From Candidatus Latescibacterota bacterium (GTDB lineage Bacteria; Latescibacterota; UBA2968; UBA8231), in contig OZ242214.1 of NCBI GenBank assembly GCA_965206595.1, positions 1,280,001 to 1,344,000 of the forward strand: a stretch of DNA of 64,000 bases, written 5' to 3'. The stretch's first letter is position 1. Each line of letters opens with the position of its first letter. The notes under the pieces were generated by a model. The model had not been told where the DNA came from. It was given only the letters and a program-made list of their open reading frames with translations, and ran no database searches. This document shows positions 38,220-46,733 of this stretch, piece by piece. The position numbers and the translations under genes were made by a program.

Positions 38220-39062
38220 TCACCCGGCCGGCACCTCGACCGTCATCGGCACCTCCTCGACCGGCAGGCCGTTCTCCCGCGCCCACTCCTTCACCGTTTC
38301 CGGCAGGGCCTCACCGGGGACGCCCCCCAACAGCTGCTTCTCCACCGGGCCAGCATCCTCGGCGAGCTCGGCGTCCGGCAGCCGCAGGCTCGGATCGACG
38401 CGCATCCAGCGGTAGGCGTACCCGTAGATGACGACTTTGGAGACGCAGTCGCCGGTGTTGGGGGCGACGCTGGTGGAAGGTGCGGTTCTCGAACAGGACC
38501 GCGTCCCCCGCCCTCGGGGTGAGCTCGACCATGGCCGGCGGATCGACCTCCCCCTCCGGAATGCCGAGCGGCTCGCGGAGCCGGTGGCTGCCGCGTGCGA
38601 ACATGGTGATGCCGCAGCGCGGCCCGGGGAAATCGGTGAGGCAGTAGCAGACCTTGACGCCGGCGCGCACCTGTCCGTCGTGGCCGAGATCCGGGGTCAG
38701 TCCGATGTCGCGGTGCCAGGTGCGCAGCCCGCGGTCCTCGCTTTCGGGACCTTGTAGATGACGGCCGCGGTGTGCAGGTGGATGTTCGGGCTGAGGAGCT
38801 GGACGACGTACGGGACCGCCGGGGAGTGGGCGAGCAGCGGGCGCAGCCCGGGCTCCTGGACGACGCTGTCCCTGAGCTGCAGGTAGGCGCTGTCGGCGTC
38901 CGGCTTCTGGCGAAACCGCCCAGCCCGGAAATCGGCCATCAGTCGGTCTCCCGCTTCGGTACAGCGCGTGCGCTCGCTTTCGCTCAGCACCCCCGGGGCA
39001 TGGAGGTACCCGTCCCGCTCGAAGGAGCGGCGCCGGTCGCTGGAAAGGAAGGCCATATCCAT
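38220..39062 (-). pseudogene. PhyH-family dioxygenase with two frameshifts
   Basis: N-part (FERDGYL), middle part (WHRD...GSH...GDAVLFENRTFH) and C-part (PN..SKVVIYGYAYRW) occupy frames A/B/A, with shifts near 38745 and 38472. Confidence 0.8.
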
Positions 39063-39173
39063 CGGTGACAATTCCTCGTCGAGGTTGCCCGGACCCTGCC
39101 GGGGTGGCAAGATTCAGAACAGAAACCGAAAGCTCCAGGTAGGGGTAATTCCCAAAAAGGAAAGGAACAGTAA

Positions 39174-39962
39174 ATGATCGATACCCTGCTCATCGGGGGT
39201 AAGGGCCAGATCGGGTCGGGGCTGCGAATTTGGCTGCCGCGGCTCGACCCGGACTATGAAACCACCTCCGTCGACCTGCCGGGTGCGCCGGACAAGGCGC
39301 TGGAAGCGTCGGCGCAGAGCAACTTCGTCGAAATGGACGTCTGCGCCGATCCAGATGGTCTGCGCCGCCTGCTGGAGGGGCGCGATCTCGTCGTCTACCT
39401 CGCCCGCACCAGTCCGCTGCAGGCGATGAACTCCATGACGGATCTGGTCTTCGAGTCCGTGCGCGACGTCTGTCCGCAGGCCCTGCTCATCGGCTCGAGC
39501 TCGGTGCATGCGGTGGACGGGGCGTACTGGCCGTTCGACAGGGAGCCGTACGCGACGCTCGCGGCGCGCCGCTTCGATGAGCTCGAGTCGCCGCCCGAGC
39601 CGATCCCGGCGCGGATGGAAGCCTGCCCCGCCAGCGATTACGGGGAGGAGAAGGCGTACGTCGAGCGCTGGGCCGAGCGCTTCGCCGCCGAAGGGCTGGC
39701 CGCGGTCGCCACCAGGTGGGGTGGCGTCAACGTCCACAACCGGAATGTCGGGGAGATCGGGTACTTCACGGTCTGGTGCCACCAGGAGGATGCTGCGCGC
39801 ATGGTCGACAGCTGCTGCAAGGCCCACCGGGACGGCAGGCTGCGCAGCGGCGCCCACTACTTCGTCATTTCAGACAACAGGCACAACATCTTCGACATCG
39901 AGACCCCCCGGCGCGAGGTCGGGTACGCACCGGTTCACGACTCCGAGGTCTTCTTCGGGTAG
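39174..39962 (+). CDS. NAD-dependent epimerase/SDR (uronate dehydrogenase-like)
   Basis: GGKGQIG, SSVHAV, YGEEK (YxxxK), SDN, GYAP. Confidence 0.8.
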   Translation: MIDTLLIGGKGQIGSGLRIWLPRLDPDYETTSVDLPGAPDKALEASAQSNFVEMDVCADPDGLRRLLEGRDLVVYLARTSPLQAMNSMTDLVFESVRDVCPQALLIGSSSVHAVDGAYWPFDREPYATLAARRFDELESPPEPIPARMEACPASDYGEEKAYVERWAERFAAEGLAAVATRWGGVNVHNRNVGEIGYFTVWCHQEDAARMVDSCCKAHRDGRLRSGAHYFVISDNRHNIFDIETPRREVGYAPVHDSEVFFG

Positions 39963-39992
39963 CGGCGGTCACCAAAGGGCGGTAGAGGGCGG

Positions 39993-40156
39993 CAGGTCCC
40001 GGATCTCGCCAACGCCCTGTATCAGCCGGTCCGACTGTGGTAACGAAAGTCGTCGAAACAGGGGTCCGGTCCCGGATTTTCCGCAAGGCGCCTGAATCCG
40101 AGGGATGACCTGGTTCCCGGGGGGGTCACGGAAAAATTGCCAGGTCCCGGATCTCG
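39993..40156 (+). repeat. Three ~16-bp direct repeats (caggtcccggatctcg) spaced 73/75 bp
   Basis: Identical copies at 39993 and 40141, and a degenerate ccggtcccggattttc at 40066. Confidence 0.6.
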
Positions 40157-40223
40157 AGCGCATCCCCTCCGAACCGTAACCCTCAAAGCCGGCAGAGTGC
40201 CCGCGCCTTCCCCCGGTTCCGGC

Positions 40224-42830
40224 TCAGCGGTTCAGCCGGGGGCGCAGCTGGTCGACGTAATAGGAGGCCGTCCACTCCCGCGGGTTGATGCGCAGCGCCC
40301 GGGCGTAGGCAGCCAGCGCCTCCCGTCGCTCCTTCCGGTAGCGCAGCACGTCCCCCCGGATGACCTCCTCCCTGGCCCTGAACCAGGTGTCGAGGGTATC
40401 GCCGCGGGCCGGGGTCCAGGCGGGGTCGGCCAGTTCGAGCCAGGGGATGAGGTCGACCGGGCGTTGCTCGGTCTCGCGGGCGAGATCGAGCAGCACCATC
40501 CAGGTGGCTGCCCCGAATCCGCGCGGGCCGACGAAACTCAGGTGGGGATGGTCGTCGGTGTTTAGCGGGCCTTCACCGACGTACCTGCGATACGCTTCGG
40601 ACCCGAAAAAGAAACAGCCGAGGACGGCGAAGGGGCGGTCGAGGTCGACTTCCTCCAGGCTTTTGCGCACCGGGGGCGAGGCGAATTTCTCCATGAGCCG
40701 GCTGTAGGAGATCGACAGGGGGTCGAGGGTACCCACCATGATCGCGTAGTTGTTGGTGCGCCAGAGGCTGGCGTGGGGGAACACGGACTGGAAGGTCCGC
40801 AGGACGGTCTTGAAGTCCCCGACCGGAAGTCCGTGAAACGGCAGCCACTGCACGACGATGCCGCCCGGTTTCAGGCGCGACCGGCACAGCTCGTAGAACT
40901 CCCGTGTGTACAGCAGCCAGCTGTCGGTGCTGGTGGGATGGGTCGCGTCCCCGGTGATGACGTCGTAGCGGCGCCCGGTCCGCAGCAGGAAGTTGCGGCC
41001 GTCGTCGATGATCAGCTCGATGGGATGGTCGTCGAGACGCCCCAGGATCTGGTGATTGTAGGGGCCGAACTCCTTCCGCGCCGCCTCCACGACTTCCGGT
41101 ACGAGCTCGACGCACTGGATGCGGTCGACGTCGTGCTGCGCCACCGCCCCGAGGGCGATGCCCCCGCCCAGGGCCACGACAAGGACGTCCCGGGGGTCGG
41201 GATGCAGCAGCATCGGCAGGTGTCCGAGCAGGCGGAAGAGCTGGAAGGAACCGTAATCGGTGGGGACCTGTGCGCCGTTGTTGAGCAGCATCTTGCGGTA
41301 GCCGTCCCGCTTGCCGGTAATGGTGATGATTCCCTCGGCCCCTTCCTCGTAGAACAGCAGGCTGAACCCGGATTGCGTGGGACGGGACAGCTCTCGCATC
41401 CCCTCCCCGGGAGAAGCGATGATCACCGCGGCCGCGGCGGCCCCGGCCAGGGCCAGGGTTCCCAGCTTCCGTCCGGACCGAAGCAGGGGGTTGGCGGCGA
41501 TGGCCGCGGTCCCGACCAGCAGGTTGAGGCCGCCGAGCAGACGGAAGGTGCCCTCGGTGCCGAAGAGCGGGATCAGCAGGAGGCCGGCGGCGAGGGAGCC
41601 GGCGAAAGCCCCCAGGCTGTTGGCGGCGTTGACGTCACCGACGCCGCGGCCGACCTGCCGAAGGCTCCGGGTGCAGATGCGGCTCACTACGGGAAAGGAG
41701 GCTCCCATCAGCAGGGTCGGCACCAGCATGATGCCGAAGGCCATGGCGAAGATGCCGCCGCGGTAGCTCCACCAGGAGCCCGCCCCCTGGATCGCACCGA
41801 CCCAGTCGGAGGCGGCGGCGAAGAGGGCGACCGAGGCCATCCCCATGAGGCCGACGGCGATCTGGAAGCCCCCGAACATCGACAGCAGGTCGCGGCGACT
41901 GTCGAGAAGGAGGCCGCAGAGGAAGCTGCCGAGGCTGAGGCCGAGCAGGAACGCCATCAGCACGATGCCGAACTCGTAGTGGGAGTTTGCGGAGAAGGCG
42001 ACGATGAACAGGCGCACCCAGGCGACCTCGTAGGCGAGGGCGGCGAACCCCTGGAGGGCGAAGCCGAGGAGAACGGCCTTCAGCGCCAGGGGGGACAGGG
42101 GGATGGTCCCAGGCTCTGACGGCCCCGCTTGCGGAGCCGGCTCCGGGGCCCGTTCCCGGCTGTCCCCTTCCTCCTCCTCCTCACGCGGGCTCCGGACGCC
42201 GCGGCCGATCCAGCAGGCCAGCGATGCCACGAGCAGGTTGACCATGCCGACGGCGTAGCCGCTGCCCCGCAGGCCGAGCTCCTCCATCAGGAAGAAGGTG
42301 ACGCCGGCGACTCCGGCGACGGCCCCGAGGGTGTTGGCGGCGTAAAGCAGGCCGACGCCGCTGCCGAGTTTCCGGAAGCGCCGCACCGAGGACCTCGAGA
42401 TCACCGGCAGCGTCGCCCCCATGGCCGCGGTCGGGATCAGCAGCAGCCCGAAGGCGAGGGCGAAGCGGGCCGCGGCGAAGGCCGACGGGTTGTGCTCCGT
42501 CCACTCGGCCTCGGCCAGCCATCCGGTCGTTGCCAGCAGGTGGGGGAACAGGAAGGCGAAGAGGCCGACCCCGGCCTCGAGGCAGGCGAACACGAGAAGG
42601 GGCCTCCGCACGCCGTCGATCCAGCGTCCGAAGCAGAAACTGCCCAGGGCCAGGCCGGCCATGAAGGCGCTCAGCACCGTGCTCACCGCCGGGAGGGTGG
42701 CGCCGAAGACGACGATCAGCATGCGCGCCCACAGCACCTGGTATACCAGTCCGCACGCCCCCGAGAGCAGGAAGAGGGCCGGCAGCCCCCATACAGGTGA
42801 GGAGCCGGTGCGGTTGTTTTCTGCGTCCAC
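40224..42830 (-). CDS. Fused MFS/spermidine synthase-like protein with a C-terminal TPR
   Basis: SGACGLVYQVLW, MGATLP, YAANTLGA duplicated TM blocks; VELVPEV, DDGRNFL, YTREFY; ALAAYARALRINP. Confidence 0.9.
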   Translation of the reverse strand: MDAENNRTGSSPVWGLPALFLLSGACGLVYQVLWARMLIVVFGATLPAVSTVLSAFMAGLALGSFCFGRWIDGVRRPLLVFACLEAGVGLFAFLFPHLLATTGWLAEAEWTEHNPSAFAAARFALAFGLLLIPTAAMGATLPVISRSSVRRFRKLGSGVGLLYAANTLGAVAGVAGVTFFLMEELGLRGSGYAVGMVNLLVASLACWIGRGVRSPREEEEEGDSRERAPEPAPQAGPSEPGTIPLSPLALKAVLLGFALQGFAALAYEVAWVRLFIVAFSANSHYEFGIVLMAFLLGLSLGSFLCGLLLDSRRDLLSMFGGFQIAVGLMGMASVALFAAASDWVGAIQGAGSWWSYRGGIFAMAFGIMLVPTLLMGASFPVVSRICTRSLRQVGRGVGDVNAANSLGAFAGSLAAGLLLIPLFGTEGTFRLLGGLNLLVGTAAIAANPLLRSGRKLGTLALAGAAAAAVIIASPGEGMRELSRPTQSGFSLLFYEEGAEGIITITGKRDGYRKMLLNNGAQVPTDYGSFQLFRLLGHLPMLLHPDPRDVLVVALGGGIALGAVAQHDVDRIQCVELVPEVVEAARKEFGPYNHQILGRLDDHPIELIIDDGRNFLLRTGRRYDVITGDATHPTSTDSWLLYTREFYELCRSRLKPGGIVVQWLPFHGLPVGDFKTVLRTFQSVFPHASLWRTNNYAIMVGTLDPLSISYSRLMEKFASPPVRKSLEEVDLDRPFAVLGCFFFGSEAYRRYVGEGPLNTDDHPHLSFVGPRGFGAATWMVLLDLARETEQRPVDLIPWLELADPAWTPARGDTLDTWFRAREEVIRGDVLRYRKERREALAAYARALRINPREWTASYYVDQLRPRLNR

Positions 42831-43090
42831 GTGGATTCCGTCGTTGCGCCGGCGAAGGGGATCATCCCCTCGATATCATGCCCGCCGCGAAGGGCCTTCG
42901 GTCCACCCGGGGCAGGGCCGCTTCCCCCTGGCAACTCCCTGGACTGTTCCGGGGAGTTTCGCGGACGGCAGTTGAAAGCTCATTCAGCTAACATCCCTGG
43001 CGCAGCCAGGAGCTGCGGCCGATCTGCTCCGCCGGTGCCGCTTCCGAGCTGCCGCGCGAGCCGGTTTCGGAGCTGTGCCCGTCACCCGGT

Positions 43091-45010
43091 TCACCAGCGG
43101 ATGACGTCCCCGATCATGCCGGTGAAGTAGTCGACCACCATCCAGGCGCCGTGGCTGGTCACCTGCCCGAGGACCATGCCGAGGAACAGCGGCCTCAGCC
43201 TGCGGTAGAGGGGGGAGCCGCCGTAGCGCAGGATCAGGAGCTTGAGCAGCCAGGCGATGAACATGCTCGACCAGGCGAAGAACATCATGTAGGTGCCGCC
43301 CACCGGAAACCCGATCGGGTGCAGGGGCCACCACAGGAAGCGGTGCCGGAGCCAGGTCAGGGCGAGCATGGCCGCGGCGCCGGCCGCAGTGAAAGCGCCG
43401 CGCGGGCCGAAGAAATTCCAGTCGTCGACCGGCGTGGAGATCGCGGTGGCGACGTTGCGGAACGACCAGTCCCCCATGATGTGGTAGAACCAGTAATGCA
43501 GGTTGATGCCGCCGTACTCGTAGGCGATGGCGATGATGGTCCAGGCCGAGCTCGCCAGGCTCACGGCGATGGCGAGCATGATCGACCAGAACAGGACCGG
43601 GCCGCGAATCCCGGCGAGGTCGGCGAGCCGCGCGCCGTTGGCGACCGCGGCCATCAGGCTGATCTTGATGTCCCCTGCCCAGCCGTTGCACAACCCCAGC
43701 ACGGTCAGTCCCTGGGCGCCGATCGGCCCGTTGCCGAACGCCATGGCGGTGAACGCCGTCGGCGTCATCTGGGCGCGGCCGTACCCCATCCCCCCTTCGG
43801 CGACGATCTTGGTCAGCCCGAAGAAGACGACGAAGGAGATTCCCATCAGGAACACGGAGACGACCAGGGGCAGCCCCGCCTGGTTGAGGAACAGGACCGC
43901 GTACGCCGTCGCGGCCAGCAGAATCCAGACTGCGGTGCGGTGCCTGAGCAGCCCGTTCCCGTCTCCTTCGTCAGTCCGCGAGAAGGCGGCGCGAAACGCG
44001 GTTTTCAGGTGCCCTCTCGCCGTCCACAAGGCCACCGCGACGAGGGCGATCATTGCGCCCATCGCCTGCTGGGCGGAGGCGATCGACCCTTCGGTGTGCA
44101 TCAGGCGCAGCTCCGGCACCGAGTAGCCGAGGCGTCCGAACAGGGCGAGTTCGACGTAGTAGAACAGATAGAAGAACCACAGGCTGAAGGAAATCTCCAG
44201 GCTGAGGAAGTAGGTCAGGCCGATGACGATGAACCAGATGCTGAACAGCAGGTGGCGGACCTCGGGAAGGACCTCCACGGTCGTCGACAGGCTGATCCCG
44301 GACAGGCCGGTGGTGTAGCGGCTCAGGGCGTTGATGCCGAGCAGCACCATCGGAATGGAGAAGCCGATCCACATCGTCGAGTTTTTCAGGAACGGGTTGA
44401 TCCTCCCGCCGTCCTCCTGCACCATGTCGGCCGGCAGCTGCACGAGCGGGTAGACGAGGCGCTCGTGGTGGGCCCACTGCCGGTGCATGAGCGCCACCAT
44501 CGAGATCATCATCAGGTAGAGGGCCAGGACGAAGGAGCCCCAGGCGGCCAGGGGGACGAACCAGGCGTCCCAGGGAATCGGCTGCCCTTTTGGCAGCCCC
44601 TCGAAGAAGTAGAAGACGGCGAGGTCGTCCTGCGGTACCAGCCAGGATTTCAGGTGCGGGTGAATGAGCTCCGACCAGGCGTTCTCCGGCGTCGCGTAGT
44701 AGAAGACCTCGGCGAGAAAGGGGATCAGCTGCGCGGTCAGGCCGACCGTGGGAATGGCGGTGGCGACGATCATCATCGTGTAGACGAGGACGAGTTCCTG
44801 CGACGACAGGGCCCACTGGCGCCGCACCAGCACCAGCGGCGTGTTGTAGACCAGGATCAGGAGAAAGAGCAGCAGGATCGCCCCGCCCGAGATGAAGTCG
44901 CCGGTCCAGTTGAAGGTGCCCATGACGAGGACGCCGTACGACATGACGACGTTGATCACCAGGCACATCAGGGTGCCGATGAACAGGGCTTTGAGGGGAA
45001 ATCGTTTCAC
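43091..45010 (-). CDS. DUF6785/DUF6784-like multipass membrane protein (putative peptide transporter)
   Basis: FYYATPENAW, FEGLP...PWDAW, RQWAHHERLVYP, YEYGGINL, WWPLHPIGF. Paralog of the C-terminal third of 24840..31244. Confidence 0.8.
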   Translation of the reverse strand: MKRFPLKALFIGTLMCLVINVVMSYGVLVMGTFNWTGDFISGGAILLLFLLILVYNTPLVLVRRQWALSSQELVLVYTMMIVATAIPTVGLTAQLIPFLAEVFYYATPENAWSELIHPHLKSWLVPQDDLAVFYFFEGLPKGQPIPWDAWFVPLAAWGSFVLALYLMMISMVALMHRQWAHHERLVYPLVQLPADMVQEDGGRINPFLKNSTMWIGFSIPMVLLGINALSRYTTGLSGISLSTTVEVLPEVRHLLFSIWFIVIGLTYFLSLEISFSLWFFYLFYYVELALFGRLGYSVPELRLMHTEGSIASAQQAMGAMIALVAVALWTARGHLKTAFRAAFSRTDEGDGNGLLRHRTAVWILLAATAYAVLFLNQAGLPLVVSVFLMGISFVVFFGLTKIVAEGGMGYGRAQMTPTAFTAMAFGNGPIGAQGLTVLGLCNGWAGDIKISLMAAVANGARLADLAGIRGPVLFWSIMLAIAVSLASSAWTIIAIAYEYGGINLHYWFYHIMGDWSFRNVATAISTPVDDWNFFGPRGAFTAAGAAAMLALTWLRHRFLWWPLHPIGFPVGGTYMMFFAWSSMFIAWLLKLLILRYGGSPLYRRLRPLFLGMVLGQVTSHGAWMVVDYFTGMIGDVIRW

Positions 45011-45123
45011 CGCGGGCGGTCCGCCGGGGGGACGGGGGTTTGTGACGCAGGCGAGCGGGGAGTATGCTAGCCGGCCAACCGAAGAACGCCGGGGAAACTC
45101 GGCGACATGCGCGGGAAAGGAAA

Positions 45124-46026
45124 GTGGGTATCGCCAGGCGCGCGGTTCTCTACGGCGCTCCCATCCTGATCGGCCTCTACCTGCTGGCGCTGCTGGCCGC
45201 CCGGGTCCGCGGGCCGGTGCCGGCTCCCGGACATCCGTACTTCGCGGGCACCGGGTTTCTCGTCATCGCCCACCGCGGCGGAAGGGGGATGGGTCCGGAG
45301 AACACCCTGCCGCTGTTCCGGGAGGCGGCGGCGGCCGGGGCGGACGTCCTCGAGATGGACGTGCGCTTCAGCACCGACGGGGTGCTCGTCGTGCATCACG
45401 ACCGCACCGTCCGCCGTACCGCCGGGGGGGGCGGCCGCGTCGACTCGCTGACCGCGGCGCAGCTGTGGGAACTCGACGCCGGCTTCGCCTGGACCCGCGA
45501 CGGCAGGAGCTACCCGTTCCGCGGCAAGGGGTACCGGATCCCGCGGCTGGCGGAGGTGCTGCGCGCCTTTCCCGGTCAGCGCATGATGATCGAGCTCAAG
45601 CCGCGGCTGCGGCGCGCCGCCGAGGCCCTGTGCGGGGAGATCCGCGACGCCGGGATGCAGTACCGGGTGGCGGTCGCCGGCTTCGACGGAGACACGCTGG
45701 ACGCCTTCCGCGGCCTCTGCCCGGAGGTCGCCACTTCGGCCGGCGGCGGGGAGGTGATCGCCTGGAAGGCCCTGCACCTGCTCGGGCTGGGGAATCTCTA
45801 CGCTCCGGAGTTCGCGCTGTTTGCGGTGCCGGAGCGGATCGGGAGGTTGCGGCTCGTCGACCGCGGCTTCGCCTCAAGGGCCCGGGAGCGCAACCTGCCT
45901 GTGCAGGTCTGGACCGTGAATGAAACCGAAGATATGCAGCGGCTGATCGACCTCGGGGTGACCGGCATTCTGACCGACCGCCCGGTACGGCTGCTCGAGC
46001 TGCTGCGCGATAAAGGACTGAGATGA
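45124..46026 (+). CDS. Glycerophosphodiester phosphodiesterase
   Basis: IAHRGG..PENT, EMDV, HHD, IELK, WTVN, GILTDRP; N-terminal TM segment. Start uncertain (45064 or 45124). Confidence 0.92.
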   Translation: MGIARRAVLYGAPILIGLYLLALLAARVRGPVPAPGHPYFAGTGFLVIAHRGGRGMGPENTLPLFREAAAAGADVLEMDVRFSTDGVLVVHHDRTVRRTAGGGGRVDSLTAAQLWELDAGFAWTRDGRSYPFRGKGYRIPRLAEVLRAFPGQRMMIELKPRLRRAAEALCGEIRDAGMQYRVAVAGFDGDTLDAFRGLCPEVATSAGGGEVIAWKALHLLGLGNLYAPEFALFAVPERIGRLRLVDRGFASRARERNLPVQVWTVNETEDMQRLIDLGVTGILTDRPVRLLELLRDKGLR

Positions 46027-46733
46027 AGGACGAAGTGCTGGTAGCGAACGGCCTGACCAAGACCTACCGGAGCGGCAACCGCTCCTCCCCCCTCACCGTG
46101 CTCAGCGACGTCAGCTTCTCGGTGCCGCGCGGCTCCACCTGCGCCGTGGTCGGCCCCTCGGGAAGCGGCAAGACCACCCTGCTCGGGCTGTGCGCCGGCC
46201 TCGACCGCGCCTCCTCGGGATCGGTGGTGCTCGACGGCATGGCCCTCGATGAACTCGACGAGGACCAGCGCGCCCGCCTGCGCAACGAGAAGGTGGGGTT
46301 CGTGTTCCAGACCTTTCAGCTGGTGCCGACCCTGACGGCGCTCGAGAACGTGTCGGTGCCGCTCGAGCTGCGGGGTGAAAAGGGAGTCGAAGCCCAGGCG
46401 CGCGAGCTGCTCGAGCGTGTCGGACTCGGCCACCGCACCGGCCATTACCCGGCGCAGCTCTCCGGCGGGGAGCAGCAGCGGGCCGGGCTGGCGCGCGCCT
46501 TCATCAACCGGCCGCGGATCCTGTTCGCCGACGAGCCGACCGGCAATCTCGATACCGAGACCGGCGGGGTCGTCGCCGACCTGATGTTCAACCTCAACGA
46601 GGAGGCGGGCACCGCGCTGGTGCTGGTGACCCACGACCTCGAGCTGGCCGGGAGGGCAGGACGGGTTATCCGCCTGCACGGCGGCCGTATCGCCGAGGAC
46701 TCCGGGCCCCCCGGCGGGACGGTGAGCGCCTGA
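46023..46733 (+). CDS. ybbA: ABC transporter ATP-binding protein (YbbA-like)
   Basis: GPSGSGKT, LSGGEQQR, ADEPTGNLD, VTHD. Confidence 0.9.
   Translation: MKDEVLVANGLTKTYRSGNRSSPLTVLSDVSFSVPRGSTCAVVGPSGSGKTTLLGLCAGLDRASSGSVVLDGMALDELDEDQRARLRNEKVGFVFQTFQLVPTLTALENVSVPLELRGEKGVEAQARELLERVGLGHRTGHYPAQLSGGEQQRAGLARAFINRPRILFADEPTGNLDTETGGVVADLMFNLNEEAGTALVLVTHDLELAGRAGRVIRLHGGRIAEDSGPPGGTVSA

Noticed and set aside
39993-40156. CRISPR array
   Set aside because: The repeat is only 16 bp with three copies, the spacers are about 58 bp, and there are no cas genes. The 25-bp repeat at 61103 has no spacer.
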